From contig CAYLUN010000017.1 in the NCBI GenBank assembly GCA_964386865.1, positions 6,565-70,564 of the forward strand: 64,000 nucleotides of DNA, written 5' to 3'. Below the pieces are notes generated by a model. The model was not told the DNA's origin and did no database searches. It saw nothing but the letters and a program-made list of their open reading frames with translations. Position numbers and translations under genes: made by a program. Below, in pieces: positions 39,201-48,692 of the stretch (the stretch's first letter is position 1; each line of letters starts with the position of its first letter). The stretch is from an uncultured Lentisphaeraceae bacterium (GTDB taxonomy: Bacteria; Verrucomicrobiota; Kiritimatiellia; RFP12; UBA1067).

Positions 39201-39257
39201 GGCCTGCGTCCCCCAGGCGCAGACGGCGCACAAACTAGCAACCCAAAGCCGACTCAT
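36249..39257 (-). CDS. alpha-L-rhamnosidase (glycoside hydrolase family 78)
   Basis: Signal peptide 'MSRLWVASLCAVCAWGTQA'. 'RCEYRVNPLGIGEREPRLSW', 'PTDCPQRDERAGWTGD', 'WDGW' and 'SFNHYAFGS' blocks are characteristic of GH78 rhamnosidases. Confidence 0.85.
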   Translation of the reverse strand: MSRLWVASLCAVCAWGTQAATLDNLRCEYRVNPLGIGEREPRLSWAMTDDTGGRGAAQTAYQILVASSPERLARGEADLWDSGRVRSARSIQIVYGGRPLAARDRCHWKVRAWGRDGRETPWSEPALWAMGLLHVADWQAEWLRVDEPDPQGAPPPPPRRLTVIRATYGSHGDQRTVDVTEKVRGLVLAKGGELLVQASNGLFGDPAVGGGKELVVEYELDGKRQTARAPENQFVTAPADERAEAPRAKRLQTPRCLRREFAVAARPVRATLYATALGLYELRLNGRRVGDALLTPEWTAYDKRVQVQAYDVLALVQAGANVLGATLGNGWYCGTVQCWPPEICLYGHEPRFKAQLELEFADGPRQTVATDENWLATIDGPLRFSGIYEGETYDARRELDGWDAPAFAPDARWQPALIDRAVKAGALVWQRSEPIRVTQELEPVAVTEPKPGVYVFDFGQNMVGWTRLKVQGEAGLTVEVFHNEMLNPDGTVYRENLHAGKLGRAQSQIDRYTLRGGKVETYEPHFTYHGFRYAEVTGLKAKPDASLLTGRVFHTAFAQTGSFACSDPLVTRLAQNIQWSQRGNMMGIPTDCPQRDERAGWTGDAQFFMPAAVYNFDVAAFFSKWLVDLCQDSFVEGKGFADLAPYYGKMKAGNTGWGDAGVVCPYVLYRTYGDTRVIEAHYAQMRKHVMTLTASCTNHIRGAGAYGDWLNVGGGAKGEVCGTAYQVYLCDLMAEMARVTGRGDDAARFGAMARDAREAFQKAFFKEDGSLLESSQTGYALAFTMGLVPDALREKAAAKFRGEVERFKDCVATGFIGTPRLLAGLHAAGLDAEAYRMLLRREYPSWLYPVTLGATTIWERWDGWRPDKGFQDPNMNSFNHYAFGSCGQYLFECVGGIFPLEPGYQSFAVAPVLGEGLTWAKASYRSMYGEIVSDWKKEAGLCHLRVTVPPNTRAVIRLPAAASAGVKEGGQPLAAAAGLELLGEGGGCVRVRAVAGTYAFVF

Positions 39258-39392
39258 GGAAGCTCCCCCAACGCGATCACCAGTTCCCGCACAGAATGCA
39301 CGACTTTGCGCGTGCCGGTGCGGACGGCACGGAGGCCGGCCCTCCACGGCGCTCCCCTCATGGAGGGCCGGGCTCCGTCCCGACCATGAGCA

Positions 39393-39929
39393 TCATTTCG
39401 TGAAGACTTTGGTCTTGGCCTGGCCGCCCTTCATGGGGAAGATGCCGATCATCTCGGGCTCCACGAAGAACAGCGCCAAGTCGGCGCCGAACTTCTTGGC
39501 CATGGAGGGCTGCAGCTCCGCGAACTTGGCCTTCACGTCCGCGTCGGCGCACAGCGCGGCCTTGCCTTTGTAGCGGATGTAGGCGCTATCGTCCTTCGCG
39601 GTGCGCGACAGCTCGACGCATGGGCTCTTGACCAGCTGCCCGTACATCTCTTTCTTGGTCGAGGTCGCGACGAGCAGCTTGTTGTCGGCGACCACCGTGT
39701 AGCGGATCGGCCGCACGCGGGCGCCCTGCCCGTCCACCGTCGCCAGATAGAAGTAGTCGTTCTTCTCGAAAAAGGCCGCGACATCTTGCATGAACAGGTC
39801 GCTCTTGTCGGGAGCCTCCTTGACCCACACATAGCTCTTGAGCGCCTGCGGCTCCGCGGGCTTGGGGGCTTCCTGACAGAATCCGACCGCGGCCGACAGC
39901 GCCGACACCAGCATCACCATCTTTCGCAT
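39393..39929 (-). CDS. Pyridoxamine 5'-phosphate oxidase-like FMN-binding protein (exported?)
   Basis: Signal-like N-terminus. 'YFYLATVDGQGARVRPIRY...NKLLVATSTKKEMYGQL' is a PNPOx/general stress protein 26-like split-barrel pattern. Confidence 0.6.
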   Translation of the reverse strand: MRKMVMLVSALSAAVGFCQEAPKPAEPQALKSYVWVKEAPDKSDLFMQDVAAFFEKNDYFYLATVDGQGARVRPIRYTVVADNKLLVATSTKKEMYGQLVKSPCVELSRTAKDDSAYIRYKGKAALCADADVKAKFAELQPSMAKKFGADLALFFVEPEMIGIFPMKGGQAKTKVFTK

Positions 39930-39986
39930 ACATGACCTCCAGTTTGTTGGCCCCTAGTGTAGTACGATGCGGAAAAAAGGAAAACC

Positions 39987-40232
39987 CTAATCTTCGATCT
40001 CCACTTTCTGCGCGATGGTGCGTGAAACGAGGAACCGCGCGTCACCCGCCGCGATCACGACGGAGCGCTCGGATTTGCGGTTGCGGAACATCGCCACACG
40101 CGCCCCCGGATAAAGCCCCATCTCCGAGGACTTGCGGTCGGTGTTGGCGCGAATGATGCCCGACTCGCCGTCTTTCAGGTCGAGCAGGCTGCACGCCTGC
40201 CCGGCAGACGCGCCCGCTTCAGTTGTGCTCAT
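39987..40232 (-). CDS. feoA: FeoA family protein
   Basis: 81 aa. 'LLDLKDGESGII...MGLYPGARVAMFRN...VVIAAGDARFLVSRTIAQKVEI' is the FeoA SH3-like pattern. ATG overlaps the feoB stop (ATGA). Confidence 0.7.
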   Translation of the reverse strand: MSTTEAGASAGQACSLLDLKDGESGIIRANTDRKSSEMGLYPGARVAMFRNRKSERSVVIAAGDARFLVSRTIAQKVEIED

Positions 40233-42463
40233 GCGTTCAGCCTCTTTCCTGCCACATGCAATAGTCCCACCCCGCCCGCCACCAGCGCCGCCACAGCGGC
40301 CAGCCAGACAGCCGATCGCAGCGGCGCCGCCTGAAACGTCGCCGCCTGATAGAAGGCCGTGGCGACCAGCCACGCCAGCGCGCTTTGATACATGATTGAA
40401 AAGCCCATCCAGCGCCACCCCGCCTCTCGCCCGAGCACGACCAGCGCCGCCACGCACGGCGAGTAGATCAGCACGAACAGCAGGTAGGCGAAGGCCTCCG
40501 CGCGCCCGCCGAAATTGCGCCGCATGGCCTCCAGCAGGCCCTTTCCGTAGGCCCCTTCATCGTGAGAGGCCTTGACCCAGCCGTAGCCCTCGGCCATTCC
40601 CCTGGCCGCCGCGCGCAGCTCCGAAGGCAGATCGAACGCCCCCGCCGTACGCGGGGGCGAGCCCGGCTGGTCGGCCTGCGAATACAGCACTTCCAGCGTG
40701 CCGACGATCGCCTCCTTGGCCAGCAGGCCGGTCAGCAATCCCGCCGCCGCCGGCCAGTTATCCTCCCCCACCCCCATCGGCCGCAGCGCCAGCGTCATGG
40801 CCCGGCCCACCGCCGAACGCCGGGCGTCCGCCTCCCGATGCCCCGCGCTGGCCGCCTCGAAAAGCCCGTTCGCCAGGCTCAGCACCACCGCGATCAGCAG
40901 GATCGTCTTGCCCGCCCGCACCACGAAGCTTTTGAGATTGTGCCACACATGTTCGAGGCAGCCCCGCAGCGCGGGAACATGGTAAGGCGGCAGCTCCATC
41001 ACGAAGGCCGAGGCCTCGCCCTTGAACAGCGTCCGGTGCAGCACGAGCCCGGACACGATCGCCAGGCTCGCCCCGATGAGATAGAGCGCGAAGATCACCG
41101 CGTTGCCGTTCTGCGGAAAGAACGCCATTGCGAAGATCGCGTAGACCGGCATGCGCGCCCCGCACGACATAAACGGTGCGATCAGCATGGTCAGCAGCCG
41201 GTCGCGCCGCTGCTCCAGCGTGCGCGTAGCCATCAGCGCGGGCACCGTGCAGCCGAACCCCACCAGCAGCGGGATGAACGCCTTGCCAGGCAGCCCGATC
41301 TTCGTGAGGAAGTGGTCCATAATGAACGCCGCGCGCGCCATGTACCCCGACTCCTCCAGCAGGCTCAGGCAGAAGAAGATCATGAAGATCGGCGGCGCGA
41401 AAGTCGCCACGGTCGTCAGGCCCGCCCCCACGCCGTCCGCCAGAACGGAGGTCACCAGTTCCGGCGCGCCCGCCGCCGCCAGCCACGCGCGCGGGCCGTG
41501 CACGAGCAGCGCGCCCAGCACGCCGTCGATCAGGTCCACCAGCGGCTGCGTCAGACGCACCGTCAGCCAGAACACCCCGTACATCACCACGAGGAAAGCC
41601 GGTATGCCCACCGGGCGGCTCAGCAGAATGCGGTCGATCCCGTCCGACAGGCGGCGTCGCACCTCCAGGCGACGCTGCACGACATCGCGGGCCAGGCCGC
41701 GTATAAAGCCGAGCCGCGCGTCCATCACCGTCACGTCCGGCTTCTGCCCGGTATGCCGCGCGATCCGCGCGTTCTCCTCGGCCACGACCTCGTCGAACAG
41801 GCCTTTCGTCAGCTCGCGGGCGAAGGGATCCTGCTCCAGCAGCTTGATGGCCAGCCAGCGCGAGTCCACGCCCGCGTCGTCCGCCAGCACGATCAGGCAC
41901 ACTTGGAGTCGCTGGACTGATTGCTCGGCGTCGCCGTACAGAACACGCGCCTTGGGCAGAGCCCGCCCCTCCGCCACCACCCGAACGGCCTCCTTCAGGG
42001 CCTCGCCGCCCTCGCCGCGCGACGCGACCATCGGCACAACCGGACAGCCGAGGTGCTTGGCCAGGTGGTCGGGGTCGACCTTGAGCCCGTGCCGCTCCGC
42101 GACGTCCATCTGGTTCAGGGCCACCACCAGCGGCAGGCGCATATCGATCAGCTGCGCCGTCAGGTACAGGCTGCGCTCCAGATTCGACGCGTCCACGATG
42201 TTGATCACCACGTCCGGCTTGTTGCGAATCAGAAAATCGCGGGCGACGCGTTCGTCGTCGGTGTAAGGAGAAAAGGAGTAGATGCCGGGCAGGTCGGTGA
42301 CCTGTATCGCCCGCCCTTTGAACACCAGCTCTCGCTGGGCGCTGTCCACGGTTACCCCGGTCCAGTTGCCCGTGCGCTCGTGGGCGCCGGTCAGCAGGTT
42401 GAACAGCGTCGTCTTGCCGGTGTTCGGGTTGCCCACCAGCGCAATCTGGAGCGCACCGCTCAA
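40229..42463 (-). CDS. feoB: ferrous iron transporter B
   Basis: 'IALVGNPNTGKTTLFN', 'DLPGIYS' G-domain, then a polytopic membrane domain. 744 aa. Confidence 0.9.
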   Translation of the reverse strand: MSGALQIALVGNPNTGKTTLFNLLTGAHERTGNWTGVTVDSAQRELVFKGRAIQVTDLPGIYSFSPYTDDERVARDFLIRNKPDVVINIVDASNLERSLYLTAQLIDMRLPLVVALNQMDVAERHGLKVDPDHLAKHLGCPVVPMVASRGEGGEALKEAVRVVAEGRALPKARVLYGDAEQSVQRLQVCLIVLADDAGVDSRWLAIKLLEQDPFARELTKGLFDEVVAEENARIARHTGQKPDVTVMDARLGFIRGLARDVVQRRLEVRRRLSDGIDRILLSRPVGIPAFLVVMYGVFWLTVRLTQPLVDLIDGVLGALLVHGPRAWLAAAGAPELVTSVLADGVGAGLTTVATFAPPIFMIFFCLSLLEESGYMARAAFIMDHFLTKIGLPGKAFIPLLVGFGCTVPALMATRTLEQRRDRLLTMLIAPFMSCGARMPVYAIFAMAFFPQNGNAVIFALYLIGASLAIVSGLVLHRTLFKGEASAFVMELPPYHVPALRGCLEHVWHNLKSFVVRAGKTILLIAVVLSLANGLFEAASAGHREADARRSAVGRAMTLALRPMGVGEDNWPAAAGLLTGLLAKEAIVGTLEVLYSQADQPGSPPRTAGAFDLPSELRAAARGMAEGYGWVKASHDEGAYGKGLLEAMRRNFGGRAEAFAYLLFVLIYSPCVAALVVLGREAGWRWMGFSIMYQSALAWLVATAFYQAATFQAAPLRSAVWLAAVAALVAGGVGLLHVAGKRLNA

Positions 42464-42590
42464 GCCCCGAAACTCCGCAGCCGATTGTTAGCCGTGGAAA
42501 ACATAGTCGCAGAGTATAGGACACCCCCCGCCCGCAAACAAGCGAAATCCCTTCACCCAGGCCGTCAGGCATGCCATAATCTCTCACGAG

Positions 42591-42860
42591 ATGCCGTTCG
42601 AGACCTCACAGACCCCGTTTCAGAGCGCCCCCCTTGGCCTGCCGCCCGACACGCTGGCGAAAGCCCGCGCAGACATGGAGAAGCTCGCCTCCATGACCAT
42701 GCCCTTCGGCAAGTGCAAAGGACGGCGCGTCATCGAGCTGCCGGAAGAGTACCTGCTCTGGTTCAGGCAGAAAGGGTTCCCGCGCGGCGAGCTCGGGCGC
42801 ATCATGCAGCTTGCCCTCGAGCTGAAGATCAACGGCCTCGAAGGCCTGATTCCGGGCTGA
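42591..42860 (+). CDS. DUF3820 family protein
   Basis: 'MPFGKCKGRRVIELPEEYLLWFRQKGFPRGELGRIMQLALELKINGLE' matches the DUF3820 signature. Confidence 0.6.
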   Translation: MPFETSQTPFQSAPLGLPPDTLAKARADMEKLASMTMPFGKCKGRRVIELPEEYLLWFRQKGFPRGELGRIMQLALELKINGLEGLIPG

Positions 42861-42873
42861 CGCCGCTTGCGCG

Positions 42874-43476
42874 TCAGAACCGGTTCTCGATCACGACTTC
42901 GCTCGCGGGCATCTGGCTGGGGCGCCCCCACGCCGCCTGCGTCGGCTTGCCGACCACCACGAACATCGCAACCGCATGGTCAGGCGGAAGGTTGATCAGC
43001 CGGCCGACCGCGTCGTAGTCGAACCCGTCCATCGGGCAGGTCTCATAGCCCATCTCGTGGGCCGCCAGCATGAGCGTCTGGGCCGCCAGGCCGCACGAAC
43101 GCATGCCTTCGTCGCGCTGCACCTGCTCGCGGCCCCGGTAGTACTGGTCGATCGCGGGAACCAGGTAGTCTTGCACCGGCTGCGGCGCGTTCGCCCAATA
43201 GCGCGCAGGGCTTTTCTCCCACGCCTTGAGGTCGGCGCACAGGACGATCAGCAGCGACGCGTCGGTCACCTGCGCCTGGTCCCACGCCACGTCCCGGATC
43301 TGCTTGCGCAGCTCAGGGTCGCGGACCAGCACGAAGCGCCAGTTCTGGATGTTGAACGCCGTCGGCGCCAGCCGCGCCAGCCCCAGCAGGTTCTCGATCT
43401 CCGCCTCGGTCATGCGGTGGTTCGGGTCGTAGTGCTTCACGGCCCGCCGCGCCTCAATCGCTTGTGCTACGTTCAT
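42874..43476 (-). CDS. nitroreductase family protein
   Basis: 'RRAVKHYD', 'APTAFNIQNWRFVLV' and a C-terminal 'G...D' block are typical of NfsB/NfnB-like FMN nitroreductases. Confidence 0.8.
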   Translation of the reverse strand: MNVAQAIEARRAVKHYDPNHRMTEAEIENLLGLARLAPTAFNIQNWRFVLVRDPELRKQIRDVAWDQAQVTDASLLIVLCADLKAWEKSPARYWANAPQPVQDYLVPAIDQYYRGREQVQRDEGMRSCGLAAQTLMLAAHEMGYETCPMDGFDYDAVGRLINLPPDHAVAMFVVVGKPTQAAWGRPSQMPASEVVIENRF

Positions 43477-43491
43477 GATAGCTCCTTTTTG

Positions 43492-45690
43492 TCACTTCAC
43501 TTCGCCGGTGAAGGCCGCGTTACCAGCCGTTCCCAGCCACAGCCTCTCCGTCGCGAACGGATCGGTCGCGATCCACGACACGCCTTTGCATGTCAGCGAC
43601 TCGTTCGTCAGCGACCGCCACGTCGCGCCGCCGTCCGCGCTTGCGATCACCCCGCCGCCTGTCGAGCGGTCGTGGTACGGATGGTCGTGCAGGCTCGCAT
43701 ACACGCGGTCTGCGTCGCGCGGGTCGATCGCCAGGGCCTCGCAGAAGCGGTTGGTGTAGACCTGCCGCCACCCTGCGCCGCCGTCATCGCTGCGGAACAC
43801 GCCGCCCGTCATGAACGACGGGCCTACCATCGCGCTGCGGGTCGTAGTATACACGCGCCCGCCCTTGGCCACAAGCTGCCGCACCTCGGCCAGCCTCACG
43901 TCCGGCCCGCTCACCCGCCGCCACGCCCCGCAGCCGTCGTCGCTGCGGTACACCGCGCCCGGCTCGCCGTTCGCGCTCGACACGCCCGCGTAGAACACGT
44001 GGGCGCTGTCGGCGTCCCTCGCCAGGCAGCTGACGCGCGCGGCGGGCAGACCGGCATTGCAGGCCTGCCATGTGGTGCCGCCGTCCGCGCTCGCGAAGAC
44101 GCCCGCGCCCTCCGCCACATAGGCCAGCGCGTGTTTCCGCGCAGGGTTGTCCTTCAGCGGCAGCCGGCTGGTCAGGCAGCGCGGACGCGCGTCAGGCATC
44201 CCGGAGCCCGCCCTGTTGAGCGGCGTCCACGTCGCTCCGCCGTCGCGGCTCTCGGCGATCAAGCCCCTGTTTGACCCCCACTGGCCGAACCCCGCCCATA
44301 CGTGCGCGTCATCGTCTTCCGCGAACGCCACGGTGAAGCACGAGTTCTCGTAGGCGTCTGGGATTCCAGTCATGCACCGCCGGAAGGTCGCGCCCGCGTC
44401 ATCGCTGGCCAGCAAGCCGACGTCATAGAAGCCGAAGAGCACGCGCCCCTTCACGCGCGGATGCGGGAAGACGCCGTGCAGGCACGTCACCTCCAGCCCG
44501 CTGCCGCCGATCCGCCCGTCCGCGCGCTCCTGCGTATAGCGCTGCTGCCACGTGGCCCCGCCGTCGGCGGTTTTGTAAATGTAGCCCGAGGTGCCGAAGT
44601 AGAGCGTGTTGGGACTTCTCGGCGACAGCGTGAGGCAGGTCACGCTCGGCCCCCACATGTCGATCCACGCGTGCCGCGCGTTTCCCTTATCCCCGAACGT
44701 GAACGCGCGCGCCCAGCTCTGCCCGCCGTCCGTCGTCTTGTAGACTGTCGCGTCCCACCACGTCGCCCCTCCCGCGTAAGCCACGTCGGGGTTCTGCGGG
44801 TGAACCGCCAGCGCGTCCACCCACGCGCACAGCATGTCGCTCGTGCCCGCCTTGCCGGCCGCCTGGCGCAGGCCGCTCACGCGCGGCCGCCACGTGCGGC
44901 CGCCGTCGTCGGAGCGGTACACGCCCGCCTGCCAAGGCGTCTCGCCCGCCTCGCCCCTGAGCGACACGTAGACCACCTGCGGAGCGGAGGGCGACTGCGC
45001 CAGCCGCCGCGCGCGCCGGTGCGCCGGCAGCCCGTCGCTCGACAGCGCCCACGTCTCGCCGCCGTCCGCGCTCGCGAACACCCCTTTCGGCGTGGCGATC
45101 AGCATGCGGCGCGGTTCCTGCGGGTGAAGCGCCAGATCGCTGATGACCAGATCCGGCGCGAGCTGGCCGGGCCGCACGAGCTGCCGCCACGACGCGCCGC
45201 CGTTCTCGGACTTGTAGATTGCGCCTTGCCCGCCGCGCCCCTCGCGCGGCTGGCCGATCGCGGCGTAGACGGTCTCGGGGGCTCGCGGATCGACCACCAC
45301 CTTGCTGACCATCGCGGAGTAGGCGTAATCCTGGATTGGCGGGAAGCCTTCGCGCAGCCAGCGCCAGGTCAGCCCGCCGTCCACGCTCTTGTAAACGCCT
45401 CCCTTGCAGCCCGCGTAAAGCGTCTTGGGGTCGGCCGGATGCTCGGCCAGCGACTCAACGAAGTAGTCCTCGAGGCCCGCGTTGCGGGTCGCATACGTCT
45501 TCCCGCCGTCGTCCGACCGGTAGAAGCCGCCCACGTCGCACCCCGCGTAAAACACGTCGTCCCCGTGCCGGCTGGCCAGCACCGACTGGATCCAGCCGCC
45601 GCCGCCCGGCCCGACGTTCTTCCATGCGACCCCGTCCTCCGCGAGCGCCGCCCCCGCCCACAACATAAGCCCGATTGCCTTGACCATCAA
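43492..45690 (-). CDS. Secreted BNR/Asp-box repeat beta-propeller protein (GH74/sialidase-like)
   Basis: Signal peptide 'MMVKAIGLMLWAGAALA'. Many 'S.DGG.TW' Asp-box repeats (SDDGGKTY, SVDGGLTW, SENGGASW, SADGGETW, SDDGGRTW, TTDGGQSW, TADGGATW, SRDGGATW, SADGGTTW, SDDGGAGW, SADGGATW). Confidence 0.7.
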   Translation of the reverse strand: MMVKAIGLMLWAGAALAEDGVAWKNVGPGGGGWIQSVLASRHGDDVFYAGCDVGGFYRSDDGGKTYATRNAGLEDYFVESLAEHPADPKTLYAGCKGGVYKSVDGGLTWRWLREGFPPIQDYAYSAMVSKVVVDPRAPETVYAAIGQPREGRGGQGAIYKSENGGASWRQLVRPGQLAPDLVISDLALHPQEPRRMLIATPKGVFASADGGETWALSSDGLPAHRRARRLAQSPSAPQVVYVSLRGEAGETPWQAGVYRSDDGGRTWRPRVSGLRQAAGKAGTSDMLCAWVDALAVHPQNPDVAYAGGATWWDATVYKTTDGGQSWARAFTFGDKGNARHAWIDMWGPSVTCLTLSPRSPNTLYFGTSGYIYKTADGGATWQQRYTQERADGRIGGSGLEVTCLHGVFPHPRVKGRVLFGFYDVGLLASDDAGATFRRCMTGIPDAYENSCFTVAFAEDDDAHVWAGFGQWGSNRGLIAESRDGGATWTPLNRAGSGMPDARPRCLTSRLPLKDNPARKHALAYVAEGAGVFASADGGTTWQACNAGLPAARVSCLARDADSAHVFYAGVSSANGEPGAVYRSDDGCGAWRRVSGPDVRLAEVRQLVAKGGRVYTTTRSAMVGPSFMTGGVFRSDDGGAGWRQVYTNRFCEALAIDPRDADRVYASLHDHPYHDRSTGGGVIASADGGATWRSLTNESLTCKGVSWIATDPFATERLWLGTAGNAAFTGEVK

Positions 45691-45821
45691 ACGCCCCCCT
45701 CGTCTAATTGAGACAAAACCGGCTTGATTTGTCCATTAGAATGTGAAATTGTTCACCTCAATCGATTGAACAGCCGCCAGTGTGTCAGCCGTCCACTGAA
45801 CGGGTGCATTCACCTCCACGC

Positions 45822-47480
45822 ATGGAGGTTGTTTTGAGCGGAGGGGTTATGATAGGGATTCTGCAGATTCTGGGGGGGTTAGCTCTTTTCATGTACGGCA
45901 TCCGGCTGCTCAGCGCCGGCATGGAGAAGCTGGCGGGGGACAAGATACAGAAATGGCTGGGGCGAGTGACCGAGAGCCGCCTGCGGAGCGCCGGGTTTGG
46001 CGCCATGGCGACCGCATTCCTGCAGAGCAGCGGCCTGCTTATGGTCACCATGATCGGCTTGATCAACGCCAACCTGATGACGGTTCAGCAGTCCATCGGC
46101 ATCATGCTGGGGCAGGAGATTGGAACGACGATCACCGCCCAAATCGTCGCCTATGATATCGGCGCTTCCCGGCTTCTGCTGGTGATTATTGGCTTTATCT
46201 TCCTTGAGTATTTCGAGCACCGCGACTGGAAGAAGTACGGCGAGATCCTGATGGGGCTGGGGCTGATCTTCGTCGGAATGAGCTACATGTCGTCCGCCCT
46301 CGATCACCTTGTGAAGATCCCCACCTTTGCGAACCTGCTGGTGACGATGGGCCAGCGCCCCTTCGTGGGCATCATCGCGGGCCTGGTCGTAACCGCGATC
46401 ACGCAGAGCAGCACGGCGGTGACCAGCATGGCGGTGGCCATGGGCATGAACCAGGCGATCACGCTCGAAGGCGCGATCGGGATCATTCTCGGGGCGAACA
46501 TCGGCTCGTGCATCACCGGGTTTGCCGCTTCCCTGGGACAGTCCTGCACCGCCCGCCAAGCCTCGATCGCCCAGATCGTGATCAACGTGTTTGGCGTCGT
46601 GCTCTTTGTCCCCTTCATTGAGCAATACACCCACCTTGTCACCCTGACCTCGCACGAACTGCCGCGGCAGATCGCAAATGCGCACACGATCTTCAACGTG
46701 GTGGTGAGCGCGCTGCTTGTTCCGTTTGTCAACCAGATCGCCCAGCTATCGGCGTGGCTGACTCCCGCGTCCCGAATCCCAGAGAAGACCAAGGCCACCG
46801 CCTTCATTGATGAAATGCAGTACAGCGTCCCCTCTGTGGCGCTGTGCGAAGCGGCCCGGGAGCTAACCCGGGTGGGGACTATCACCGCTCAGATGGTGCA
46901 CGACAGCTGTGCGGCGCTGATCAACCTGAACACGAGCAACATCAAGAGCGTTCTCGCCCAAGAGAACGATCTGGTTGACCCGATCAGCAAAGATCTGGCG
47001 AGCTTCATCAACATGCTCATGAACAAGGATCTGACCCTTGCGCAACAGCAGCGCTGCTTCCAAATAAAGAACCTGCTCATCGACATCGAGCGCGTCGGGG
47101 ATATGGCCGAGGACGTCGCCGAGTATGCGCTGGAGAGGATCGAGAACAAGTCGGTGTTCAGCGCTCCGGCGGTCGAGGATCTGGAGCGCCTTTGGAAGCA
47201 TGCGCACCAGACCTATTTGTTGTCGATCGAGGCTTTCACAGAAGGCGACGCGGAGAAGGCTCGCCAAGTCTCCTGCCTGGAGAGCGAGTTTGACCGGCTG
47301 TACTGGCGGACCCGCCAGGCGCACATCCACCGCATTGAAGAAGGCGGCTGCCAACCCCAGGCTGACGTGATCTTTACGGAGACGCTGAGAATTCTGGAGC
47401 GCATTAGCGACCACGCAGACAACTTGGCCGTCAGCGTGGCGCGCTCTCAAGCGGAAGGCAAAGCCAAGAGAGCGTCTTAA
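45822..47480 (+). CDS. Na/Pi-cotransporter family protein with C-terminal PhoU-like domain
   Basis: 'LALFMYGIRLLSAGMEKLAGDKIQKWL', 'GAMATAFLQSSGLLMVTMIGLINA' and the duplicated 'GANIGSCITG' block, then helical PhoU-like repeats. Start chosen at 'MEVVLSGG'; alternative at 45849. Confidence 0.8.
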   Translation: MEVVLSGGVMIGILQILGGLALFMYGIRLLSAGMEKLAGDKIQKWLGRVTESRLRSAGFGAMATAFLQSSGLLMVTMIGLINANLMTVQQSIGIMLGQEIGTTITAQIVAYDIGASRLLLVIIGFIFLEYFEHRDWKKYGEILMGLGLIFVGMSYMSSALDHLVKIPTFANLLVTMGQRPFVGIIAGLVVTAITQSSTAVTSMAVAMGMNQAITLEGAIGIILGANIGSCITGFAASLGQSCTARQASIAQIVINVFGVVLFVPFIEQYTHLVTLTSHELPRQIANAHTIFNVVVSALLVPFVNQIAQLSAWLTPASRIPEKTKATAFIDEMQYSVPSVALCEAARELTRVGTITAQMVHDSCAALINLNTSNIKSVLAQENDLVDPISKDLASFINMLMNKDLTLAQQQRCFQIKNLLIDIERVGDMAEDVAEYALERIENKSVFSAPAVEDLERLWKHAHQTYLLSIEAFTEGDAEKARQVSCLESEFDRLYWRTRQAHIHRIEEGGCQPQADVIFTETLRILERISDHADNLAVSVARSQAEGKAKRAS

Positions 47481-47558
47481 GGCGCAAAGGGGCGCCCCGC
47501 TTCGAGAGCCGCGGCGGATCAGCCCGCGTGCTCCTCAGCCTTGACGCTGGGGCTTTCT

Positions 47559-48596
47559 TCACGCGCGCGGGTGGGCTTTGGCGTACTCCTCTTTCAGGCG
47601 CTCGATTGAGACGTGCGTGTAGATCTGCGTGGTGGAGAGGCTCGCGTGGCCCAGCATCTCTTGCACGCTCCTCAGGTCTGCGCCTGCGTCAAGCAGGTGC
47701 GTGGCGAAGCTGTGGCGAAGCTTGTGCGGCGTCAGCTCCTGAGACAGGCCCGCCGCCTTGAGCCAGACCTTCATCTGCCGCTCCATCGAGCGCGTGGTCA
47801 AGGGCCCGCCCTGGGCGTTGAGGAAGATGGGCGACGCCGAGCCGCCCGCGCCGGGCCACAGCAGCTCGGCGCGGGCGCGCAGCTCGCGCAGCGCCGCGCA
47901 GGCGGGCTCGCCGAGCACGCACAGGCGCTGCTTGCGGCCCTTGCCCTCCACGATCGTCGTGCCCTGCTCGAAGTTGATGCGGGCCCAGGTGAGCGCCGCG
48001 ATCTCGCTGACGCGGCAGCCGGTGCTGTAGAGCACCTCGAACACAGCCGCGTCACGCCAGGCGACGTACTCGTCCGCCACCGAGACCGCCCCGCCCCGCC
48101 GCTCGCGCGCGGCCCGGAGCGCAGCCAGCGGCGCGGCCAAGAGCGCCTCGACCTCGCCGACGCTGAGCACGGTCGGCAGCCGGCGCCCAAGGCGCGGCCC
48201 GCGCAGGCCGGCGAAAGGGTTGACGGCGACGCCTTTCTCGCGCTCGAGGTAGCGGTAGAAGGCGCGCAGCGAGGCGAGCTTGCGCCGGGTCGTGGAGGGC
48301 GACCAGCCGGCGCGGTGGAAGGCGGCGAGAAAGGCGCGGGCTTGCTCGCGGTCTGGCCGCTCCCACGCGAAGGGCGGCCGCGTCTCCTCTGACGGCCAGA
48401 CGTAGGCCGCGAGCTGGCCAAGATCCTGCACATACCCAGACACCGTGTGCTCGGAGGCGTTGCGCTCGGCCCGGAGGTAGCGCGCGAAACGGAAGACCGC
48501 CGGGTCGGCCGCCACCTCGCGCGAGGGCAGCGGCGCCGGCGGCGCGTCGCCGAACCGCACCTGCAGCGCATAAAGGCCGTCTTCGTCCCTTTCCAT
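47559..48596 (-). CDS. xerC: site-specific tyrosine recombinase XerC/XerD family
   Basis: 'HKLRHSFATHLLDAGADLRSVQEMLGHASLSTTQIYTHV' catalytic R-H-R-Y block. Start uncertain (48596 or 48677). Confidence 0.85.
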   Translation of the reverse strand: MERDEDGLYALQVRFGDAPPAPLPSREVAADPAVFRFARYLRAERNASEHTVSGYVQDLGQLAAYVWPSEETRPPFAWERPDREQARAFLAAFHRAGWSPSTTRRKLASLRAFYRYLEREKGVAVNPFAGLRGPRLGRRLPTVLSVGEVEALLAAPLAALRAARERRGGAVSVADEYVAWRDAAVFEVLYSTGCRVSEIAALTWARINFEQGTTIVEGKGRKQRLCVLGEPACAALRELRARAELLWPGAGGSASPIFLNAQGGPLTTRSMERQMKVWLKAAGLSQELTPHKLRHSFATHLLDAGADLRSVQEMLGHASLSTTQIYTHVSIERLKEEYAKAHPRA

Positions 48597-48692
48597 GCCC
48601 AAGCGTCCTCTGGCAGGGGGCGGCGCCCCGCGCTGTCCGCGGCCGCCGACGGGGCGGCGTCCGGGGCCAGCGCTCACAGGCGGCGGCCTCTC

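Noticed and set aside
47481-47558. Small hairpin GGCGC-aaagggg-GCGCC after the Na/Pi transporter stop
   Set aside because: Stem is only 5 bp with no U-tract. It is plausible as a weak convergent terminator but not well enough supported to list.
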